Shown here piece by piece: positions 40,201 through 52,200 of a stretch of 64,000 nt of DNA. Each line of letters starts with the position of its first letter. The first letter of the stretch is position 1. The notes under the pieces were generated by a model. That model saw only the letters and a list, made by a program, of their open reading frames with translations. It was not told where the DNA came from and made no database searches. Location of the stretch: positions 16,990,001 to 17,054,000 of the forward strand of contig CM052817.1 in assembly GCA_028534125.1 (NCBI GenBank). Reading direction: 5' to 3'. This stretch comes from Lama glama. Its lineage: Eukaryota. The position numbers and the translations under genes were made by a program.

Positions 40201-43200
40201 AATGTTATTCATCTTTCTTGACTTTTCACTGCTTTTGGGTAGAGACCCACTTTCTCACCAAGGCCCACATAGCTTTCTTTGTGTGATATGATCTCTGCCA
40301 CTGTCCAGCCTGTCCTCTCCCCATTCCTGCTTTGTTGTTTGTTTTCAGGACATAGGACATTCATCTCTAACTGGCCTTTCTACCAAAGGGTTTTTTTTGC
40401 CCATGCTGTTCCCTCCACCTTCCATTCTCTCTTTGCCTTGTTCATTTCACTTCATTCTTCAGAACCCTGTTCCAAGTCACTTTCTCCAGCCTCCTCTCAC
40501 CATCAGACAAGGTCAAGTTCTCCTTTGTAGATTTGTGAAACTGTAATTAAATAATTTTGTGGTTAGTTTGCTGACTGCCTTTCTGATAAATTTCATGTCC
40601 CAGTTAAGGGGATTTATGATTTTATTAAATTAATCCTATAAAAAATAGACAGTGTCAAGAGTGAACCCCAGTCTATGAGCTCTGGGTGATAATGATGTAT
40701 CAGTGTATAAGTTCATCACTTTTAGCAAATGTCCCACTCTGGTGGGGGATGTTGATATGGGAGAGGTTATCCATTTGTTGGGCAGGGGTTATGTGGGATG
40801 TCTCTGTACCTTCCTCTCAGTTTTGCTATAAACTTAAAACTGCTCTAAAAAAAATCTTTAAAAAAAGAGTAGCTGGAAAAAAAAACTTCTTTCAATGTGA
40901 TGTTAATAGTGTCATTGTGAATAAACAACATAACAAAACTGATATTTCTACGCCTAATTTGAGCTCTTTGTCAGTCCTATTACAAAGTAAAATCTGTAAC
41001 CAACCGAGTAATCACACCTGGCAGGAGGTTGGCCAAAAATATTTGAAAGTATCAAGATTACTTGAAGCATGTCCATACATATATGCATATATACCAATTT
41101 TTAAAGAATTGTGAACCACGCTTAAGTATATATTGTGCTTTAAGATATTGGCTAATGATAGAATGAAAACCAAGCAAGGCTAAAAAACTAAGCATTCAGG
41201 AAATTAAAATAAAGTCTAAATTGTTGGTTGAGACTGAAAAATGAGTCTCCTGATTTAGTAAGTGTAGCCAGTGATGTACTCCTTTCATCAATCAGTTTAG
41301 CATTTGGATACATATTTTTCAGCAGTGAATGCCATAAAAACTAAGTATTGAAGTAATTAGCAGTTAGAATTAGATTTATCTCACTATTTCCCAAATGGGC
41401 TAATGTGGTTGATAATCACCATGATTTGAGAACTGGTTAGATGAGCGTGAACGAGGCCAAGGAACTGAAAAATCACTTGACAGCAAATGATGAGGGGCTA
41501 ATCACCTCGGACAGTGACGGTGGAAAAAAGAGGAAAGAAGTGGATTCTGAAGGCATTTCACAGATGGAAACAAAAAGATTTGGAGTAATCACTGTGTGTA
41601 CACCTGACACTAATATATGTCATATGTCATACATCAATTTAAAAAAAAAAAAAGACTTGGTGATAAGTGTGCTGGAAGAGAAGTCAAAGATAACTTGGGG
41701 GTGTGGACTGGATTCATCTTTCATTCTTCAAAACGGAGTAGGGACGTTTGGAAGGGAGGTTTGTAAATGTTGGATTTGTGGGGCTGGCAGAATATCAACA
41801 TGCACGTGTCCAGTGTAGCCTCTTGAAACTGTGGGGCCTTGAACTGAGGGGTGCAGTTGGTGCTGGCACACAAATGAGGAAGTAACTGAGTTTATATTAT
41901 TGCTTGATGCTGCAGTAATGGGTCAGGCATTTGTTTTTAATACTGTACAATGATTTTGAACAATAACAAGAGTAAAAATACATTTAAATAACTAACAGTT
42001 GGCTAGCAATTTCATATATTCTAAGAAAGTAACATATAAATGACCTTTTTCTATGAAATTCTGTGTAACTTTTATTGAGAATTTATAGGTTTCTAGAATA
42101 AATGGTTGGAATAAGGTGCCACGACTGAGTTCCACGTACTCTTTCCCAGAAGGAAATAGTCATCCAGCCCAGGCTCTCCTTTGTCTATATTTTAGGGGCA
42201 GTCTCTAAATAGCACTGCCGCGGTAGAAAATGACCTACAGAAAACTATCGTTTTAGTGATTTTACCATAAGCCCTTTTTCTCTCTACTTCCTGAGTCAAG
42301 GTTCTCAGTAGAGATTACCATCTACCAATCAATCACTGAAGTATTTAAGTATCTACTAGGCACCTGTGAAGGTATAGGAGCCTTTGAGGTACCAGGCGCC
42401 TTTGAGGATTTAGCCTCTGCCACTACACTCTTTACAGTCCACTGGATTAAAAAGCAGGGGTTTTCTGCACAGGACTTTTTTTCATAGCAAATAATACAGT
42501 CTTTCAGGTAATAAAAAATGCCACATGCCTTAATGGTAAAGGTGGTTAAGGTGTGTAGAGACGGTGGCTATTTAAGATACCAAGCACTTTTTTCATAGTA
42601 ACTGAGATGAAGAAAACAGTTAAGTTACTGTCAATACTGGTGGCATAAGCAAGCATCTGTTTCTCATAAGAGGTCAGCATGAGGACCCCAGCACTCAGGA
42701 TGGGACCCTCCGCCATTGATTCTTACCTGGAAAAGATATTCTGTAATATTTTTTAAATTTGGTTAAGAGTTCAGGCCTCGCTTACTTATTTATTTTCTTT
42801 TTTCTACTTTTAACTCTAAGGAATTTGAAGGTTTTTCAATAACATCATCTGTACTTTTAGTCCTTGTTCTTGTAGGCAGGTTAAGGAAGTGCCGGGCAGC
42901 ACTTGAAAAATGATTAACCTTCTTGACACCATCCTTCGCTGTAGGACTTCCAGCAGGAAGTTAATAAAGACTTTCCTAGAGAAAAGGGATTAGGATGTTA
43001 TTTATGATTTATCCTTTCATCAACTGGATCTTTTAAGTTGATTTATTACTAGAACAATATATTTTTATTATAAAGTACATATAGGTTTTTTTAAAGTTTT
43101 GATGCTATTAAGCTTTAAAATCTTATGCCATTTTGTATACCATAGGGTTGATTTGCTTATATAGATAAGCACTTGAAAGCAACTACAAAATCAGTCAATA

Positions 43201-46200
43201 CTGGAGCTAGTATTATAGCTCTGTCTCTTATTGATTTCTCCCAAAGCAGAAAGTGATAAATATCCTGGATAGTTTTTAATGTTAACCTTGTAGTTACTAA
43301 AAACACTTCAATCAGTTTGTTGGGAAAGTGTGTTAATAGCATGTTGCATGGCCTGGATACACTGTTATTTGTGAACTTTCATTTAGTTACTGTGTATGTT
43401 CAAATCTGCCTGACTTTTACCTGGTACCCCAAAACGTGTGCATGTTTAACTGGTAGTTTGTAGCTCTTATTAAACAGAACTTATGGTGGTGGACAAACCA
43501 GATAGGAAACATATGTCTTATTTGTCATTGTGTCTCCAGTGTTCAGCACAGCCCCTGTTTCTGTTTATTGAATTGAATTTAGCATTTTAGATAGTCTTCA
43601 TGGGCAATGAGTTTCTCTCTTTTAGGTTACTAAATTTAGTTTGCTAATTTAACCATTTGAAATGTGTAGTCCTCTGATAGTGATGGTGTTTGAATTTGCA
43701 ATTCTAAAAACCCACTTGTCACGGAACCCAAAGATAAAATCTTATGGGGGCTGAATGAGAAAGGCTTTGGGATGTCACTGAGGGACTCTGGGTGAAGTTT
43801 CAGTGTGAAGAGTGAGTCTGAACCTAATGCATTCTCTTCCGAATAGGATGAAGTGCCTCCCTCTAGTCCTAATTTAGAAATGAATTTTTATTTGTTCCAG
43901 GCTGCCCTTGAAGTATGCAGAACATTTTTACAGGAAGATAAAGGTGAAGGAGTCATTATGGTGACAGATCCTCCTTTTGGTGGCTTGGTTGAACCTCTGG
44001 CTGTTACATTCAAGAAGTTAATTGCTATGTGGAAAGAAGGTCAAAGCCAAGGTGTATAATTTATTACTTACTGCAAAATAAACATGTATCTATGTATCTA
44101 CTTCCTGTCAAATATTAGCAGAGCTTCAGTGAATCAGAGCACCGATAAAATAGAGTATGTCTTAGGTTCTCTTCTTTTTAAAAAATAGGCTTATTTGATG
44201 ATGTGGCAAACTTTATCATCATAGTATACTTCATATTATTCTAATCGTGTTTTCTTAAAATGGCTCATAGGTAAAATATTTGTTTTTGGTGGGCATATGA
44301 AGAATAATAGTGAACTATTGACATTTATTCAATATTTACTGAATGGCCACTATGTTCCAGGTACGGTTTAGGTGCTGGGAATGGAGTAGTGAACAAGACA
44401 GACACTCATCTCTGCTCTCATGGGCCTTATATTCCCTCTTCCTAAAGCCTTACCCAGAACTCAAAGAGGACACCCAGCTTCTGGGCCACAGCTCTAAACT
44501 GTGCCAAGACTTGTGTGGGAAGGTTGCACGTCTGGGAACCTAACAGTGGTTATCAGTGACACGTGGATACCTGACCTTAGAAGTGGGTTAATGACTGGGG
44601 GATATTCAGTTTAAAGTGGCTTAGGACTTCAAAGTATTTTATGTAATTATCTAATTAGTCGGTACGATCATTTTTTAGCTTCTAGTTTGCAAGTTAATAA
44701 ATTGTAAGAGTGTCAGGAATTTGTGATCAAATTTCTCCATTAATTGTGCCACATAAATAGTGTGCTTTGGGACAGAATGCAAATGAAATCTAAAACACGA
44801 CTCGTGGTGTTAAGTATCCTACTTATTTTTGGTTCTGAAGTCTACTTACCAGAGTGGATAAAGTCGTTGTTGGGGAAGCAATAAAGAGCTTTGTGGGCTT
44901 GCATTCAATTTTGCTGCTTATTAGCTGCATGAATTTGAACAAATTGCTTAAATTTTGCATCTTCATTTTCCCCATCTGTAAAATGGGATTACTGTATTAC
45001 TGTCTAACTCCAGGGGTTATTGTAAGGCGATAACATGTAGAAAGTGCCTAGCATTGTGCTCAGTCTATTCCAGGTGCTGTGTTAGTAATAGCTGTGTCCC
45101 CTGTCTCTCATAAAAACTAATTTTGATAAAATTGTTCATAAGAATCTTCCATGATTCAGAAAAGATGGTTTCATCCCTGAAAACTGGTATGGTAAGTGGT
45201 GGCAGGGCTAGGATTCAGACCTAAAGCCTTCTGCCTTCTGGTCCAGGATTCCTGCCACCACATCATGACCACCTTTGTGTTTCCAAGTGATGCTCATTTT
45301 TAATTTCCCACCTTTTTTGTACTATCTTTTTTCTAAATTTTTTTTGAGGGGGAGGGAATCAGGTTTATTTATTTATTTAATGGAGGTACTGGGGATTGAA
45401 CCCAGGACCTTGTACATGCTAAGCATGTGCTCTACCACTGAGCTATACCCTCCCCCTAATATCTTTTGCCTTTACCTAGACTATAGTGATATGCATGTAA
45501 AGATCACTTCTATATACCCTGTGTCGCTGTGTTTAGGTATAAAAGAACATTTCCATTGACTTTTGGGAGAGGTCAAGTTGTAAATGGCACTCTGGTTAAT
45601 AGTCTCTCCTTTGTATGATTTAAATGTATTGAAGGGTTATAATTTCTCCCAGTACCAGATGTTTTTCAGTTATAGCTATCTAATTTATTTTTTCTCTAAT
45701 AATAGTCTTTTATTTTCTTTTCTCTTTTTTTTGTGATCCATTAGAAAACAATCGCAAAGAACTACCTATATTCTGGATTTTCCCCTATTTTTTTGAATCC
45801 CGAATTTGTCAGTTTTTCCCAAGCTTCTGCATGCTGGATTACCAGGTATAGTAAATATTCTGTTTTCTGGCACGGTTGGGAATGGATATTCTGCTTAAAT
45901 AAACACTCTGATAAGATATCCTTCAATTTTAGTAAATGCAAACACTATAAGCTGTATGAAACTCTAAAATTGTATCACATGGAACTTAGTGCAGTGGTTC
46001 CTAAAATGTCCATAATCCCTAAGGTGCTTATTAAAAATATAGATTCTTAGGCAAAATAAACCTGCTAAATCAAAATCAGGGGATAACGCCCCAAGAAGAA
46101 AATATTTTACCAAGCCTTCCAGGTGGTTGTGAAGTACAGCAGGTTTTAGACCAAATGACTTGATCTCTTACCATCACTGGAAAGTTGCAGTGTCCCAGGA

Positions 46201-49200
46201 GCATCGTTAGGGGTGTGGGTCTTCTCTGTTCGGACACTGTAGAGAAGTAAGTCGCTTTTTCTGGTGGGTGGAATGTCATGTACACTTTACTCTGCTGCTC
46301 AGAGGATGCACGGAGCTCTAAGGACGAGTGTGCCCACAGTCGCGGGGTGTCAGGGAAGCAGAGATGCTGAGATCTGTCTGTGAGTGTGCGTGTGCTGACT
46401 GGCGGCAGACCGACTAGACCTCCTCCTTCACATTCCTGCCGTTCAACTCCTCTCCTGCTTAATGTCCACTCTCCTGGATTCATTTCCCCAGGTTCTGAGG
46501 TTAACCCTGTTCTCACCATCACCACGTGGGGTCACCAAGTGGGCACTACTTCCTCTTTTGTAACATTTTTGTTATCATTGAGTTGGTCCCAGAGTGGGGG
46601 TAAAACCCTTTTTGTACAGTATCTGGGACATTAAAATTAGGAAACACACTGTCTGTCCCTCAGAAGACTGTTTCATCCACATTTGGAGGTGAGTTTTCAC
46701 TGTGGTCAAGAGTTTGAAATGACGAGGAGGCAAAAGAAGCAGATCCAGAATAAAGCAGACGAGGGAGATTAACGTGGAGTAACCTATTACTGTTTGCTAA
46801 GGCAACCTGTGTTACTAGGAAAGAACTTTTGGAAATATTGGAGTTTTAGTTTTGAGACTAGTTCCAAGGTCCAAGCTTATTGAAAATAATTATATAATTC
46901 AGTGCATTGGTGAAAAAGATTCTAATTAGGCCATGTGTATCAGGATGAAAACAGCAGCCTTTTCAATACAGAGAAAGCTGACCTTTGAAAAGAAAAATTA
47001 GAATAAAACCTATAAAACAAAACAAATCTTTGTTTTTCAAGATTCCTACTAAAGAGAAGGACACTACGGCCCATTTTGTGCTCAGTTGGAGAAACGGATT
47101 TTGCCGTGTCTCCTAGGGTATATATGAACCTTATTTGTGCCTCCCCTTTGATGACTTTTCTATTTTTTTTTTTTTGAAAATTTCTCTGGACTCATTACTA
47201 TTATCTTTTCTGGGCCTTTTGCATTCTTTCCTTTCTTTTGTTACTTTAACTTCATTTTGTGGTCATTTTTTTTCCTTTTATATTAGCTACCTTCATCAAA
47301 TAAAAAATGTGACCGTCTCCTCTCCTCCTGCACTGATCTTTTTCCCCAGACCTCGATTAGGCCTTCTTTCTGACATTGCCTGAGATGATTATAAGCCCCC
47401 ATGCCACAATGCAGTGAAAAAAAAAGCCAAAGTCACTAAATCTCTTTTGGCAAATACTTTTCAGGTAAGAGGAAGGCAGAGATACTACAAATCTTCATAA
47501 AATACAAATCCTGTAGACGCTTCAGTGATAAAGTACTTGATAAGTACAGAATAAAATAGTTATCAAAGAGCTAGAAAACCAAGAGTTTTATTAAGGGTGG
47601 ATTAGAAAGGAGGGGTGTGATAATGAAAAGAAATTCTGATTTAGAGTCAGAAGAAGTTTGAGTCCTGACACTGCCTTTTAGAAGCTATTTAATCTTGAGG
47701 GAAGTCACTTTATCTTTCTAGGTCTCTGTTTCCTTACCTATAAAATAAAATGATTGAACCAGAAAACGGATGGCAGATAAGTTTCACTTTTAGAGCTAAG
47801 CCTGATAAATTGGTAATGACTTTCTGGAGAATTTGTTGAGAACCCCAGGTTCAGTGGCAGAGAGTAGTGTGATTGATTAGTGATGTCTGCCACAGGATCA
47901 GGGTCCGGGTCAGGATCAGGGAATGGTGGCATTCAGGTCCTGTATTTACCATATCTGAATTAGCTCATCATTACCCTTCCACCTTGAACACACTATGATC
48001 TCTTGTTTCTACTTAATTTGGGCCATTTATCTGGATTGTTAAAACTAGAGGTCTTTGCCTTTTTTTTTTTTTTAAAAGCTATCTTTTAACAAATCATCCT
48101 GTTTAGAAAACATTTTTGAGGCTGGTTTCATTTTCAGAAATGAAGATATTTTGACAAGAATTTCTGAGAAATGATCGTAAATTACAAGATGACAAGTGAA
48201 ATTCTCAAAACTCAGTGTATAATAAACATTTAATAAACATAAAACAATGATTTGAAGTAACAAGAGGAATAACACACACATTTATGTATGTGTGTGTATA
48301 TGTATATATGATATTTAAAACAAGAGGTTACATGGAATATGGGGAATGTGACTAAAAGACCTTATTGCTATGATAGAAGTTGGTCGATGGAGCTGAAAAG
48401 TTCACTTGGGACCTTTTGAATATACTGAAATTAAACAGAATACAATGTAGGGAGTTATGAAAATACAAGTATGTACTCTCTTTTATTTAATCTTTGCTTC
48501 CCAGCATGATACCTGGAGCATAGTAGGTGCAGAATAAATGTTTGTTGGCTTTAATGTCTTGGTTTCCATATAACTAGTTTCAGTCTTGTGTTGCAGAAGT
48601 AATTTGCGTATAGATAAAATTAAAAGTTAGGAATTGCAGAGATTTTGTGCTTTCCCTCATTTCTATACAGTACTTCATCACATTAATCAGTTCCATGGGA
48701 GAAATTTTCTATTTGAAAATGCTTCTCATCATCATTGTGAGTGAAATGTCAGGGATAATGATGGGAAAATGGTGTTTCAGCTCTACCACTAGTGATACGC
48801 AATTTGCAAAATTGTGTTTGCTTTACAGCACTTCCATAGGAGGTTTATTTGTGTGGATGAAGCTATGAAATATGGATGCATGTTAGAGGTACATTAATTT
48901 ACCCTAGCAGCATGCATTTTACATACCATATGTTTATAGTTAATTAGCACAACAAACCCACATTTAAAAATAATAATAATCTCAATTAGGTTATGCAAAA
49001 TCAAGTAATCAACCACCTTCCTGACACATGCATTCTCCGACTCCTTGGGTAACCATAAAGAAATTGTTCTTTTTTTTTTTCCCCCTCTCTTCCATCTGCT
49101 ATCTATTATATTGCATGGAATATTCCATTTACTAAAAATCTTTCTAAGGTACTCTTTTCCAGCATATGAAAATCTTTATAAGATTCTCTTGGGAAGAATT

Positions 49201-52200
49201 TTTTTCTTATGACACTCATAAATGTTCAAAATATCTTTGTTGAATTTAATAAGGTGCTATATATTTACTGAGTACATAGAGGGGGGTGCATTAGGGAAAA
49301 TTATGAATTTGTCATTTTAAAAGAAAACTACTTAAGGCACTATTTTAAAGGTGATTTTGTAGTAAAATCTACTTTTGTATCTTAGCCTGTAATAGGTAAC
49401 ATATATTCATAGAATTTTAAATTTGGAAAGAAGCATAGAGGTAACGTAGGCTAACTTCCCAGTGTAATAATCCTCTCCACTAAATTCATGACAAGCAGTC
49501 ACCCAGCCTCACTTGAATGCTTTCAGTGAGCAAAGTCCTACAGCCTTACAAGGCAACTCAATTTATTTAATAGCTCTAATCGTTAGAAAATTTTCTCATA
49601 TGGAGATAAAATATGCTCCCTATTAACTTCTAACCATTGGACCTACTTCTGTTTTCCGAAGCAATAAAAGAGTAAGTCTAATTTCTATTCCACGTGACAC
49701 GCTTTCTGTTATAAAATAGCCATCAGATCCTCCCTGTCTTCTCTTTTCTGAATAAACACTCCCAATCTGTTAAACTATCAATCCTTTTTATTCCCATTAC
49801 TTTCAATAGAAATGAACTGGTTTTATTAATGAGTCTCTTAAAATGTAGCAACTGAATGCAAGGCTTCGGATGTGCTCTAACCTCCTCTCCTCTCCGCGTT
49901 CTGATGCTACACTTCTGTGTAAGCACTGAGCTGTTACATCGCTATGCTAGACTGCGGACTCACCATGCCGACCTGTGCGTGCTCATTGTGCAGAACATCC
50001 TCGGGGTTTTTTCCCCACTGCTGAAGCTTGTTAATGAGTCTTCCTAAATTTGTTCACCTGTAAATCTAGCAGGCATTGGCATGGCCATTGGGAGAGCTTG
50101 GGAATCTCCCATTCAAGTCCTCTCTTTCCATTGCCGCCAAATCCTTACATTTTTGTAGTTCTCTCATGAAATAGCTAGCTTGCAAGCCAGTTCTGTTGTA
50201 AATTCTTAAGAGTAATCTGATTTAGAATCCAAACAATTCATAACAACTTACTCGAAAGTTGGGATCTATCTGTATTAACCTTATAAAAATCTCATGATAG
50301 TCCTATATGTAATTAAATCAGTGGTGCTCAAACTTTAGTGTACCAGAAGGGCTTGTTAAAAATACAGGTTGCTGGGCCCCACCCACAGAGTTTCTGTGTT
50401 CTTAGGCCCTAGGTGGGGCAAGAATTTGCATTTCCAACAAGATCCCAGGTAATGCTGGTGTTGCTGATTCAGGCACCACACTGTGAGAATTAGTGATCTG
50501 AAGGAAGACGGACTTAGTGGCCAGATGTGTTCATAGCAGGTTGAAAACCAGATTGAGACTGTGTGTAGATGATAGGGTGGGAAAGGAAACGGGAGCAAGA
50601 AGCTAGTAGAAATCATGCTTGTTGGCTTCATTTTACTTTCCAGATAATCTGCTGAAATGGAAAGTTGAGTTAGGGGTCTTGAGGAGAGAGGTAAACGTTT
50701 GAAATAGTCATGGTGGGGAGAACAGCTATAGGTTACGAGTCTCCCTCTGCATCTCCATCCTTCCATCTCTACGATGCGCTGGGCCCTGAACTCTGGGCTT
50801 TACATACGTTGCCTCATGTAACTTTCACAGCAGCTCTAAGGTAAGTATCAGTAACCTCTTTTTTCCAGGTGAAAATGATGCAAACTTACCTGAGGTCATA
50901 TAACAAGTGAGTGACAGAGCCCCTGCCTGGCCCCCAAATCTGGCTCTGTTGGAGAGTAATGTTGGAGGGCCAAACTGAGGCTGCACTGAGCCTTGGGGAA
51001 CAGAAAACTGACATGCAGTGAATTTCACACACACACAAATGAGAAGCCCTAACCAACTTGTCACAGATCTTCAAGGTGGAGTTTTTTAAAACACCGATAG
51101 CTACATTCTTAATTACAGAATAGCCTTTATTGCAGAGTCTATTGCGTTGGATAAAAGATCAGAGTTGTTCTCTTACCTAGGGGTAGCATGAATTTGTCAT
51201 AACAAATTTCACCTTTTTTATAATGAAATTTGGCTGCCCACAGAGGCCTCTCCAAGGCTGGCTATAAACTCTTTTAAGAATTTCTTATTCAGTATTTTGA
51301 TTTGATTTGTTTCTTGGCATCACTTTGTTCATTTATTGGCTAAAGAGTCTGAACAAATGTTGACTCATTTGAGAAATGTTTCTTTTTAAATTTTTTTTAA
51401 CTTTCTAGGTAGATTATGATAATCATGCACTTTATAAACATGGAAAGACAGGACGGAAACAGTCTCCTGTGCGTATTTTCACCAATATTCCACCCAACAA
51501 AATAATCCTTCCTATTGAGGAAGGGTACAGGTAAGATCACAGTGGGACCTTGAAATACATAAGTCCCTGAAAATAAAGTTCCATATATCTAACCCCCCAA
51601 TGCTTTTAATATTGACTCATTTAGTTCTTCTGTTACTTTTAAATTTGGCCTATAATGTTATATTGAATTTAATTTGAATTACACCCAATTTTTCTAACAA
51701 ATCCCATGTGAACTTTTATCTACTGTGTGAATCTCAATAAGTACATGCAGCTGATTTCTCCACGTCTTTACTTTCTCCTTAGATTTTGCTCTCTCTGTCA
51801 GCGATATGTTTCTCGAGAGAATCAGCACTGTGAACACTGTAATTCTTGCACATCCAAGGTATAGTTTTCTTTAGAATTAACTCAAATATATTAGTTTTAC
51901 TCAAATATATCAGTTTTATTTTAGTTTACTAGTTTCATTGCATTTGTTTCCTATTGTTTTGTTAACATTATAACTAGTGTTAATGTATTATTGTTTATTA
52001 ATTCTCCTTTAAAACAATATTTTTTCTCTAATTATAAAGCACAGCAAGCTTTTAAAAATACTTAGTTGCCTTCATCATCATTAACAATTATTTGAGTTAT
52101 TTTTATACGGTACTGTATGACTGCTAAAATTATTAGTGTTTCAAATAAGGCACTAAATGAGGGCTAAATACTGTTCAGGGCAAAATTAAGACGTTTTCAA

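Noticed and set aside
45381..45453. Apparent tRNA-Ala(AGC) genes here and at the other SINE copies
   Set aside because: Mismatched acceptor stems, substitutions at conserved positions, A-rich tails and TSDs indicate SINEs rather than functional tRNAs.
46076..46634. 149-aa minus ORF and AA|GTAAGT donor at 46247 in a GC-richer patch
   Set aside because: No domain similarity; partly MER5-derived; no convincing upstream acceptor.
47892..47922. Hexamer repeat encoding PDPDPDPDP on the minus strand
   Set aside because: Short degenerate simple repeat in an intron with no coding context.
51880..51920. About 20-bp tandem duplication after exon 10; also a 13-bp direct repeat at 58613-58643
   Set aside because: Two-copy slippage duplications; not a spacer array or CRISPR-like structure.
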